NCBI GenBank assembly: GCA_027339965.1
Contig: DAHWNL010000077.1
Coordinates: 1-44,436 of the forward strand
From: Granulicella sp.
GTDB lineage: Bacteria; Acidobacteriota; Terriglobia; Terriglobales; Acidobacteriaceae
DNA length: 44,436 nucleotides
Direction of reading: 5' to 3'
The translations under genes and the position numbers were made by a program. Positions 36,412 through 44,436 of the stretch are shown piece after piece. Positions within the stretch are counted from its first letter, which is position 1. Each line of letters opens with the position of its first letter. The notes under the pieces are model-generated. The model was given only the letters and a program-made list of their open reading frames with translations. It did no database searches and was not told where the DNA came from.

Positions 36412-38073
36412 TCACCCAGCCCGCGGAGCGGGTTGGACAGAATCTCGAACGGAAATCGCAAATGGGTAGGCACTGTAGTAGCCCGGATGCGGCGGTCGGC
36501 GAATCCACAATCCTTGTTCGGTGAGCTTCCAGTCCAAACGGCTTGGACTGCCAAGCAGCCTTACTCTCGAGATGCCTCCGCTGAGAGATTTTGTGGACAA
36601 GGACCGGATCAGGAAATGATTCTCTACAGTTGGCCATGCCATGGCGATGGCATAGACGACGTCTCCCTTTTGCGTGAAGCGGAAGTCGTGGGCATTGTAC
36701 TGAACCGCTCTGTCGCTCAGAGTGCCGCCGCCAGAGTTGTGCGGACCTTCACCAAAACCAAGCACCTGGCAAGGCCGCGTTCCGTAGATCGCATCTCCGT
36801 TGATTTGGAGCCAGGCGCCGATACCCGTTAGCAAGGCTCTCGGCTCCAGCGGGATGATGCCGTCGGCACGTGGGCCAACGTCCAGCAATAGCACGCCATT
36901 TTTACTGACGACGTCTACCAGGGTGTGGATGAGGATCCCTTCGGTCTTGAAAGAATCGTTGTGAATGTAGCTCCAATCGAACCAACTTACCGAGGTGTCC
37001 GTTTGCCATATCTTGGAGCGCAAGCCGACCTCATGACCTCTTTCGATATCCAAGACGACCGAATTCGCGGGGAAACGGCTTGTCTTGTCGTTGATCAACA
37101 CCTGCTTTTTCCATTGTGCTGCGCGGTTGAAGTAAAAGGCAGCGAACCGTCGCAGGACGAGCGGATCGACCCCGTCGGTGTCATTGTCAAACCAGACCAG
37201 ATCGGGGTGATAGTTGTCCACCAGTTCTGCCAGCCGGCCGAGGCAGTCATCGATGAACTCCGGCGTGGCTGTCGCCGGTCCGTACAACGACCAGGGCGTC
37301 CCGGAAAATGGCGGGTACATATCGGTACCGCTCCGGCGACCCGTTCTGAACCAATACGGCCGGTAGAACGCATGCCAGGAGACGCCAAACTTCAGTCCTT
37401 GGCTGCGAGCTGCACCGGCGAGCAACCCGAGATAGTCGCGATGCGGACCGGTCTTTACCACGTTCCAGTCAGTGAGTTTGGAGTTCCACATCGCATATCC
37501 ATCAGTAAAAGCCGAGACTGGGACAAAAAATCGTGCGCCAGCCTGCTTGAAGAAACTTACCCATTCATCGGCGTCAAAAGAATGAGCGGTGAAGAGCGGC
37601 GCAAAATCCTTGTAGCCGAACTTGTCCAGAGGACCGTAGTTCTCCAGGTGAAACTGATAGGTGTTGCTCTTGACTCTGGGCTGCTTTTCCGCTCCGCAAA
37701 GCGCATCAGGGTCGTACATGTCGTGGCCATACCAGCAGCCCCTTCCTTCGTATCCAGGGACTGAGTACAAACCGTAGTGGGTAAAGATCCCGAATTTCGC
37801 ATCCGCATACCAATCCGGCACGGTGCGGCGGTTCAGCGATTCAACGGTCGGCTCGTATGGCCCAGCATCGATTGTCCTTTGCATCGTCTCCAAGAGCTTT
37901 TTCAGTTCTGCGTCGTGCCTCTCCGCAGTCATGGGGCCGGGCTCTAAAGAGTTGATGACCCTTCCGTACGCTGCGGTCTCCGATTCAGCGGCAGGCTGTG
38001 CAGAGATCGTGTCTTTCAGAGCTGCCGCCGCGACAGCCACCCCAGACTGCTGAAGAAACTTCCTTCGATCCAT
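36412..38073 (-). CDS. Tat-exported GH29 glycoside hydrolase (alpha-L-fucosidase-like)
   Basis: Tat motif DRRKFLQ, PDWY.DAKFGIF.H.G.YSVP, WFD nucleophile, DIERG, VSKNG.LLL.VGP..DG.IP, IGAWL..NG.AIYGTRP. Confidence 0.92.
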   Translation of the reverse strand: MDRRKFLQQSGVAVAAAALKDTISAQPAAESETAAYGRVINSLEPGPMTAERHDAELKKLLETMQRTIDAGPYEPTVESLNRRTVPDWYADAKFGIFTHYGLYSVPGYEGRGCWYGHDMYDPDALCGAEKQPRVKSNTYQFHLENYGPLDKFGYKDFAPLFTAHSFDADEWVSFFKQAGARFFVPVSAFTDGYAMWNSKLTDWNVVKTGPHRDYLGLLAGAARSQGLKFGVSWHAFYRPYWFRTGRRSGTDMYPPFSGTPWSLYGPATATPEFIDDCLGRLAELVDNYHPDLVWFDNDTDGVDPLVLRRFAAFYFNRAAQWKKQVLINDKTSRFPANSVVLDIERGHEVGLRSKIWQTDTSVSWFDWSYIHNDSFKTEGILIHTLVDVVSKNGVLLLDVGPRADGIIPLEPRALLTGIGAWLQINGDAIYGTRPCQVLGFGEGPHNSGGGTLSDRAVQYNAHDFRFTQKGDVVYAIAMAWPTVENHFLIRSLSTKSLSGGISRVRLLGSPSRLDWKLTEQGLWIRRPPHPGYYSAYPFAISVRDSVQPAPRAG

Positions 38074-38120
38074 GGCTTCCTCCCTTTGCGTAAGATGGGG
38101 TCATTCCCTTTGCGCGCATC

Positions 38121-38154
38121 CTCACAAGCTCTGCAATTTTCTCACAAGCTCTGC
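38121..38154. promoter_or_regulatory. 14-bp direct repeat CTCACAAGCTCTGC x2 (20-bp period), putative operator upstream of the GH29 gene
   Basis: Perfect copies at 38121-38134 and 38141-38154, about 50-80 bp upstream of the GH29 start. The repeat is certain; the operator role is inferred. Confidence 0.55.
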
Positions 38155-38781
38155 GGCTGACTCTGGGTTTGAAGAACGTCCGTCATGATCTCCGCGGGCT
38201 GCGGCCAGTCTATGATAGTCCGACTTCCGCCGAAGCAGTTTCGATTCAAGCCCTTTGTTGGAATTGGAGACGGAGAACCTCATGGACTGCAAGCCATTGC
38301 AGCAGGATCCAGACTTCGTCATCACTTCGCTGCCAGCCGGCGCGCGGGTCAAAGTCAGTGCGCGACGCGTGAATTCGGAACTGAGATTCCATTGTCCATG
38401 AAAGCAGATCTTCGTCCTGACGTTGAAAGCCCCGCGCTCTTGACATGCATCACCGCCGGCTGACAAGCGGACCTCGGCAAACAGTTCCGAGAGTCGATGC
38501 CGAGCCGCGACTCGAATCCGAGCAAGACATGGGATCGGCAACACCAAGCGACCGATGAAGCACTATCGAGCCCGTTGCCCGAGGAAACTTCGTACGGCGA
38601 AATCCCGTGCGTTTCATCACCGGTCGTCGAAAGCGCTCCTCGTGGGAAGTACGGATTTAGCCAGCGCAAAGAGTTCGTTGACCTCCATTGCGGGAGCCTG
38701 CCTGGCGCAAAGATCGTTTTCAGCAGCAACACGCCGCGCCATGGGCCGGGCAGTTTGCCGGCAGAAGCTGCGTCTCTCGAT

Positions 38782-40644
38782 CTATAGGTACCACGGAATG
38801 TTGATGATCAAAATACGCTGATTGCCCCGCATCATCAATAGAATCTTGAGCAGTTGAGCGCGCTGATTGTGCAAAGGGGCCTGCCACCACCGCTTGACGA
38901 TCAACTGAGGAACCAGCACAGCGATCTGCCGGTCAGGGAGCTGGCATTCCAGTTGGAGAATGTAATCCACCAGAGGCGCCAGGACGAAGCGATAGGGAGA
39001 AGGCAGGCAGACTAGCCGGGGAACTGCAAGACCAGCCGCTGCGATCGGGCCGGCAACGTCCCGCTGCCAGACTTGCTCAAGGGTGTCACGTTCTTCTCCG
39101 GTATCGATGTGAACAGCTTGAATCTCATCGCTAAGCTTCAGGGCAAAGCGCAAGCCCTTCTCCGTGATCCTCGACCAGCGGTCAATGGGAATGACGACCA
39201 TGGGACGGTTCAGGTTCTCAAGCCGGATGGGCTCATGGATTTCAATTTCGCGCGAGACAGCGTCATAGTGCCACCGGACAGCCAGCATCAGGAGGATAAG
39301 TAAGGGAATCAGGAGAGTTGTGATCCATGCGCCCTCCAAAAATTTGGTTAGAAGAACGACGATGAGCGTGACGCCGGTGGCCAGGGCGCCAATGCCGTTG
39401 ATCAAGATGCGGTGAATCGCGCGCGGCCCCGGTTTGCGAAGCCAATGCATCACCATGCCGGCCTGCGAGAGCGTAAAGGCCAGGAAAGCTCCGATGGCGA
39501 AGAGCGGAATCAAACGGTCGGTGATGCCGCCAAAAGCGATGAGCAGAATCGCCGAGAGGCCGACCAGAGCATAGATGCCATATGAGTACAGCAAGCGCCG
39601 GCCGCGGACCAAAAATACGTGAGGAAGATAGTTGCTGTGGGCGATCGCACGGGTGAGACGGGGAAAATCGGCAAAGGAGGTGTTCGCCGAAAGAGCGAGA
39701 ACCAGAAGGATGGAGCCCATGCCGATGTAGTAGAACCATCCCCGGCCCAGGACCGCGCAGATGAGCTGAGAGAGGATGCTCTGGTAGCCGGCTCCGGCAG
39801 GGTCAGTGGCGCCGATGTTATAAGCCCGGCACAGCACGGCGATGCCGCCCAGGAAGATTGCCAGCAACGCAATGATGATGGTGAGGGTGCGCTTGGCGTT
39901 TGGTTGAGTGGGTTCACGGAACGCGCCCACTCCGTTCGAGACGGCCTCGACGCCGGTCATGGCGGTGCAGCCACTGGCGAACACTTTAAGCAGCAGCCAT
40001 GGGGTCAGCATCATGGCCGTCTTGGGAAGGTTCGGAGGAGCGATGATCGGAACTGGGTGGCCGTGCGCCAGAACTGTGCGCACCCCGCCCACCAAGATGA
40101 CCACCAGCAGGGTTCCGATGAAGAGGTAGGTGGGAATCAGGAATGCCTTACCCGTGTCGCGGACACCGCGCGTGTTGATGACGCTGAGTAGAAACAAGAT
40201 GAGCAAGCAGAACGCCAGGGTATGAGGCTGCAGAGAAGGAAAGGCAGATACCAGAGCTCCGACGCCGGCGGAGATGCCAACGGCGACATTCAGAATGTAG
40301 TCGATCATCAGCGCAGCGGCAGCCAACAGGCCGGCTGTTGTACCTAGGTTCTCTGAGGCCACCGTGTAACTGCCGCCCCCGTGAGGGTAGACATCGATCG
40401 TTTGGCGGTAGGAGAAGTAAAGGATGGTCAGCAGAAGAATGATGGCCAGGCTGATGGGGATGATGTACGCTAAGCCCGCCAGCCCCAGAGGAATCAGCAA
40501 GGTGAGAGCGGCCTCTGGACCATAAGCCGCGGAACTGAGAGCGTCCAGTCCAAAGACCGGAATGCCGGCGATCGGACCTATGTGTTCCGCGCGCTCCTCC
40601 GAGGTGGCGAGCGGTTTACCAACCAAAAAGTCAAAGAGAGCCAT
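38782..40644 (-). CDS. APC-superfamily permease, KimA/YdaO-like (putative K+ importer)
   Basis: DALSSAAYGPE, YRQTI..YP.GGGSY, IDYIL, GCTAMTGVEAVSNG, ANTSFADFPRL, LIPLFAIG; C-terminal cytosolic domain with SPYR and LHNQ. Confidence 0.88.
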   Translation of the reverse strand: MALFDFLVGKPLATSEERAEHIGPIAGIPVFGLDALSSAAYGPEAALTLLIPLGLAGLAYIIPISLAIILLLTILYFSYRQTIDVYPHGGGSYTVASENLGTTAGLLAAAALMIDYILNVAVGISAGVGALVSAFPSLQPHTLAFCLLILFLLSVINTRGVRDTGKAFLIPTYLFIGTLLVVILVGGVRTVLAHGHPVPIIAPPNLPKTAMMLTPWLLLKVFASGCTAMTGVEAVSNGVGAFREPTQPNAKRTLTIIIALLAIFLGGIAVLCRAYNIGATDPAGAGYQSILSQLICAVLGRGWFYYIGMGSILLVLALSANTSFADFPRLTRAIAHSNYLPHVFLVRGRRLLYSYGIYALVGLSAILLIAFGGITDRLIPLFAIGAFLAFTLSQAGMVMHWLRKPGPRAIHRILINGIGALATGVTLIVVLLTKFLEGAWITTLLIPLLILLMLAVRWHYDAVSREIEIHEPIRLENLNRPMVVIPIDRWSRITEKGLRFALKLSDEIQAVHIDTGEERDTLEQVWQRDVAGPIAAAGLAVPRLVCLPSPYRFVLAPLVDYILQLECQLPDRQIAVLVPQLIVKRWWQAPLHNQRAQLLKILLMMRGNQRILIINIPWYL

Positions 40645-40789
40645 TCACAGTCCATAGAGTAGGATACAAGCCAGCCAATTTCAGGGTACGACGGATGGGC
40701 GTCCGATGCCGGCACATTCTTTCTTAATCCATAACGAAATGATCTTGTGGAACAGCTACACAGAGCGAAAGATGGACGGCGAGCGAGGC

Positions 40790-41035
40790 TAATAAGGGCG
40801 TACTTGCGGCAGAGATGTTTGATCCGCTGGCCGTCGATGTGCAGCAGACGGGCAGCGGCCGCCTTGTTGCCCTGACTGCGGCGAAGGGCCGCGGTGAGCA
40901 AGGCGATCTCCAGCTCCTGTACGGCAGCATCGAAGTCATTTCCGGAGTCTGGGAGTAGCACTGCTTCACTGGCGGCAATGTGGTTGACCAGAAGCTGCGA
41001 CGGAAGATGCGTCGATTGAATCTCATCGCCTCCGA
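40790..41035 (-). pseudogene. Remnant of an NtrC/Fis-family sigma54-dependent regulator (end of AAA domain + Fis HTH)
   Basis: Frame reads GGDEIQSTHLPSQL...LPDSGNDFDAAVQELEIALLTAALRRSQGNKAAAARLLHIDGQRIKHLCRKY. No receiver or AAA core upstream, only about 80 bp to the kdpC stop. Confidence 0.75.
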
Positions 41036-41114
41036 CGGTGATGCCGGCGACATTTCTCCAAAATGAGGGGCCTGGGGTGGTGCCTGCAACTGACCGGATC
41101 TTTCGGAAGTGGGT

Positions 41115-41678
41115 TTAATGGGCGGATTGGCTGTCGAGGGCCAGGTTCAGCTCGAGGACGTTGACGTGGGGTTCGCCAAGGAGGCCGAAGAGGCGCTGCG
41201 TGATGTGGTCCTCGATGAGGCGATTGACAGTAGATATCGGAAGATGGCGGGCCTGTGCGATGCGAGGGGCCTGATAGTAGGCCGCAGCCGGAGAGATATC
41301 CGGATCAAGGCCGGAACCAGAGGCGGTGACCAGATCGACTGGGACGGGCGTGTTGCCGATCTTCTCCGCGGCAACGCTGGCGTCGATGCGAGTGATCAGC
41401 GCCGAGCTGGTGGCAGCCAGATTGGAGCCGCCGGAGGCAGTGGGGTCGTAGCCGTTGCCGGCGGCCGAGGGGCGGCTGTGGAAGTACATGTCGCCGCTGA
41501 AGGCTTGGCCGATCAGTGCAGAGCCGACCACCTTGCCGTTGCGGGTGATCAGGGATCCGTCGGCCTGGTGGGGAAAGAGGAGATGGCTAAGGCCGAGGAC
41601 GAGCATAGGGTAGGCCAGACCGAGGAGAATGGCCGTGACGATGGTGTACAAAACCGAGGTAATGAGGGTCTTTTTCAC
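41115..41678 (-). CDS. kdpC: K+-transporting ATPase subunit C
   Basis: FPHQADGS, SALIGQ.F, YFHSRPS, SGGSNL, DLVTASGSGLDPDIS, VNVLELNLALD. GTG start 41678. Confidence 0.96.
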   Translation of the reverse strand: MKKTLITSVLYTIVTAILLGLAYPMLVLGLSHLLFPHQADGSLITRNGKVVGSALIGQAFSGDMYFHSRPSAAGNGYDPTASGGSNLAATSSALITRIDASVAAEKIGNTPVPVDLVTASGSGLDPDISPAAAYYQAPRIAQARHLPISTVNRLIEDHITQRLFGLLGEPHVNVLELNLALDSQSAH

Positions 41679-41688
41679 GGATGCACCT

Positions 41689-43743
41689 TTATGCAAGATG
41701 AAGCGCTGTGATGAGCATGTCAATGAGCTTGATGCCGAGGAACGGAGCGATGATGCCGCCCACCCCATAGACGATGAGATTGCGCTGCAACATGGCGGCC
41801 GCGGACATGGGGCGGTATTTGACTCCGCGCAGAGCCAGCGGGATGAGCGCGACGATGATTATGGCATTGAAGATCACTGCGGAGAGAATTGCCGACTGGG
41901 GGTTGTTGAGGTGCATGATGTTGAGCTTGTTCATCACCGGGAATACGCCGGCAAACATGGCGGGAATGATGGCGAAGTACTTGGCTACGTCGTTGGCGAT
42001 GGAGAAGGTGGTCAGGGCGCCACGGGTCATCAGGAGCTGTTTGCCGATGCCGACGATCTCGATGAGTTTGGTGGGGTTGGAGTCGAGGTCCACCATGTTT
42101 CCTGCCTCTTTGGCAGCTTGGGTGCCGGAGTTCATGGCCACGCCTACATCGGCCTGAGCCAGAGCCGGAGCATCGTTGGTGCCATCGCCGGTCATGGCGA
42201 CGAGCTTTCCTTCGGCTTGCTCGCGCTTGATCAGATCCATCTTGTCCTTGGGCTTGGCTTCGGCAAGAAAGTCATCCACGCCGGCCTCGCGAGCGATGGC
42301 GGCGGCGGTAAGGGGATTGTCTCCCGTGATCATGACGGTGCGAATGCCCATGGCGCGGAGATGGTCAAAACGCTCCTTCATGCCGCCCTTGACGATGTCC
42401 TTGAGGTGGATTACGCCCAGAGCTCGGCCATTTTCAGCCACGACCAAAGGAGTGCCTCCAGAGCGGGCGATGGATTCGACTGACTCGCGAACCTGGTCCG
42501 GAAGCCGGGAGCCATGTTCTACGAGGTAGGCGGAGATGGCATCGACAGAACCTTTGCGGATGCTGCGGCCGTCGACCTCGATTCCGGACATTCGGGTAGT
42601 CGCAGAAAAGGGGATGAACTCAGCGTTGAGATGAGCCAGTTCGCGGCCGCGCAGACCGAACCGCTGTTTGGCTAGGACCACGATGGAGCGGCCTTCGGGG
42701 GTCTCATCGGCCAGCGAGGAGAGTTGGGCGGCGTCGGCGAGTTGGTTGCTCTCGACGCCGGGCGCGGTGAGGAACTCGCAAGCTTCGCGGTTGCCGATGG
42801 TGATGGTGCCTGTCTTGTCCAACAGCAGGGTGTTGCAGTCGCCCGCGGCTTCAACGGCGCGGCCGGACATGGCGAGGACGTTGTGCTGTACCAACCGATC
42901 CATGCCCGCGATGCCGATGGCGGAGAGCAAGCCACCAATGGTGGTGGGGATGAGGCAGACGAGCAGCGAGACCAGGACAAAGACGGTCTGCGGAGCGGCC
43001 GAGTAAACCGAGTAGGGCTGGAGAGTAACTACGGCCAGAAGGAAGATGATGGTGAGGCCGGCCAGGAGGATATTGAGAGCGATCTCGTTGGGGGTCTTTT
43101 GACGTTCCGCGCCTTCTACCAAGGCGATCATGCGATCCAGAAAGGTCTCGCCGGGGTTAGAGGTGATGCGCACTTTGATCTCGTCGGAGAGGACACGGGT
43201 ACCGCCGGTGACGGCCGACCGGTCGCCACCGGCTTCGCGAATGACGGGAGCCGACTCACCCGTGATGGCGGACTCGTCGACGGAGGCGACGCCCTCGACG
43301 ACCTCGCCGTCGCCGGGAATCATCTGGCCGGCGAGGACGCGGACCAGATCTCCAGAGCGGAGCTGAGCGCTGGGAATCTCCTCGATCGAGCCGGATTTGG
43401 TGATCTTGTATGCGGTGGTCTCAGACTTGGCCCGGCGCAGCGTGTCGGCCTGGGCCTTGCCGCGGCCTTCCGCCATGGCCTCAGCGAAGTTGGCGAAGAG
43501 GACGGTGAACCACAGCCAGAGGGTGATCTGGAGATTGAAGACGAAGTGACCCTTGTGGGTGAGCAGGTCGGTGAAGAGAAGGACAGTGGTGAGGACGCTG
43601 CCGACTTCAACGACAAACATCACCGGGTTCTTCATCATGTGGCTGGGCGATAGCTTGAGGAGAGCGTCTTTGGATGCCCGGCGGGTAATTGCAGGATCGA
43701 AGAGGGAACGGCGCTGGCCTTTGGCTTGAGTTGCAGTGGACAT
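41689..43743 (-). CDS. kdpB: K+-transporting ATPase subunit B (P-type)
   Basis: [59 protein letters not shown]. Confidence 0.98.
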   Translation of the reverse strand: MSTATQAKGQRRSLFDPAITRRASKDALLKLSPSHMMKNPVMFVVEVGSVLTTVLLFTDLLTHKGHFVFNLQITLWLWFTVLFANFAEAMAEGRGKAQADTLRRAKSETTAYKITKSGSIEEIPSAQLRSGDLVRVLAGQMIPGDGEVVEGVASVDESAITGESAPVIREAGGDRSAVTGGTRVLSDEIKVRITSNPGETFLDRMIALVEGAERQKTPNEIALNILLAGLTIIFLLAVVTLQPYSVYSAAPQTVFVLVSLLVCLIPTTIGGLLSAIGIAGMDRLVQHNVLAMSGRAVEAAGDCNTLLLDKTGTITIGNREACEFLTAPGVESNQLADAAQLSSLADETPEGRSIVVLAKQRFGLRGRELAHLNAEFIPFSATTRMSGIEVDGRSIRKGSVDAISAYLVEHGSRLPDQVRESVESIARSGGTPLVVAENGRALGVIHLKDIVKGGMKERFDHLRAMGIRTVMITGDNPLTAAAIAREAGVDDFLAEAKPKDKMDLIKREQAEGKLVAMTGDGTNDAPALAQADVGVAMNSGTQAAKEAGNMVDLDSNPTKLIEIVGIGKQLLMTRGALTTFSIANDVAKYFAIIPAMFAGVFPVMNKLNIMHLNNPQSAILSAVIFNAIIIVALIPLALRGVKYRPMSAAAMLQRNLIVYGVGGIIAPFLGIKLIDMLITALHLA

Positions 43744-43766
43744 GATATCTCCGAATTGAGATTTGC

Positions 43767-44436
43767 CTAGAAGGCGTGGCCAGCGTGCAGGAGCAGGTGC
43801 TCCAGGACGGGGCCGAGAGAGAGCGCAGGGAAGAAGGTGAGCGCGCCGACGATGATGATGACTGAGAGCAGAAGAACGGTGAAGGTCGGCGTAGTGACGG
43901 GGAAGGTTCCGGCAGTCTCCGGGGTAATTTTTTTGCCTGCAAGGTTCCCGGCGATGGCCAGCATGGGAACGATCATCATGAAGCGGCCGAAGAACATGGT
44001 CACGGCGAGCGAGTAGTTGTACCAGTTGGTATTGGCGTTAAGACCGGCGAAGGCGGAGCCGTTGTTGCCCGCGGCCGAGGCGTAGGCGTAGAGAACCTCA
44101 GAGAGACCATGAGGTCCGTGGTTGCTCAGAGAACCGAGGCCAATGTTGGGCATAAGAAGAGAGACGGCAGAGAACCCTAAGATAACGAGCGGGAAGATCA
44201 GCAGGAACAGCATGGCCATCTTGACGTCGAACGCCTCGATCTTCTTGCCCAGGTACTCGGGAGTTCGGCCTACCATCAGGCCGGCGATAAAAACCGAGAT
44301 GATGATGAAGACGATGATGCCGTAGAGACCGGAACCGACGCCGCCGAAGATGACCTCTCCGAGGAGAATGTTGACCATGGGAACGAGTCCGCCGAGAGGC
44401 ATGAAGGAGTCATGCATGGAGTTGACGGCTCCGGTA
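43767..44436 (-). CDS. kdpA: K+-transporting ATPase subunit A (5' part outside window)
   Basis: [51 protein letters not shown]. Confidence 0.97.
   Translation of the reverse strand, partial: TGAVNSMHDSFMPLGGLVPMVNILLGEVIFGGVGSGLYGIIVFIIISVFIAGLMVGRTPEYLGKKIEAFDVKMAMLFLLIFPLVILGFSAVSLLMPNIGLGSLSNHGPHGLSEVLYAYASAAGNNGSAFAGLNANTNWYNYSLAVTMFFGRFMMIVPMLAIAGNLAGKKITPETAGTFPVTTPTFTVLLLSVIIIVGALTFFPALSLGPVLEHLLLHAGHAF

Noticed and set aside
40645..40790. c-di-AMP (ydaO) riboswitch or sigma54 promoter upstream of the KimA-like gene
   Set aside because: No recognisable riboswitch consensus; the TGGC candidates lack a correctly spaced -12 GC.
41115..41117. Programmed read-through of the kdpC stop into the in-frame Fis HTH
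   Set aside because: TAA is a strong stop, an in-frame junction has a one-in-three chance, and the KdpC C-terminus is periplasmic, so a DNA-binding fusion is implausible.
291..44325. Many long antisense or alternate-frame ORFs in the track (e.g. 7050-8030 -, 16615-17811 +, 21385-22599 -, 30221-31459 -, 42724-43653 +)
   Set aside because: They overlap well-supported genes, show no family motifs, and are expected shadows of GC-rich codon usage.
1..44436. CRISPR array, cas genes, prophage, defence or retroelement systems
   Set aside because: No repeat-spacer array and no cas, phage, reverse-transcriptase or restriction-type ORF was recognised.

Overview
This is a GC-rich bacterial chromosomal window; gene content and order suggest Acidobacteriota (inference). 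It opens with the 3' end of an IS5-family element. About 33 kb of mostly housekeeping genes follow: glycerate kinase, cytochrome c, hldD, coaD, aspartate aminotransferase, manC-like, PMM/PGM, HAD phosphatase, kdsB, tRNA-Met, an S41-family protein, PBP1A, ribF, a PhnP-like MBL hydrolase, DUF1844, YgfZ, a stand-alone nuoI, a two-gene metH, ccmE, an oxidoreductase, a GDSL esterase, xylB and TolC+EmrA. An accessory-looking right arm carries a DedA-rhodanese fusion, a cNMP/Grx/TrxB-like fusion, a Tat-exported GH29, a KimA-like APC transporter, an NtrC/Fis regulator remnant and kdpABC (kdpA cut by the window edge). Best leads: (1) a CtpA/Prc-like S41 protein that has lost both catalytic residues and sits directly upstream of PBP1A; (2) a GH29 enzyme whose fucose-binding residues are replaced, with a perfect direct repeat upstream; (3) a kdp-KimA potassium locus whose sigma54-type regulator survives only as a fragment; (4) a TolC-EmrA pair with no EmrB, followed by DedA-rhodanese and a CxxC-less TrxB fusion; (5) a Cys-type (CxxxY) CcmE. 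All family calls come from motif recognition by eye; no database search was run.
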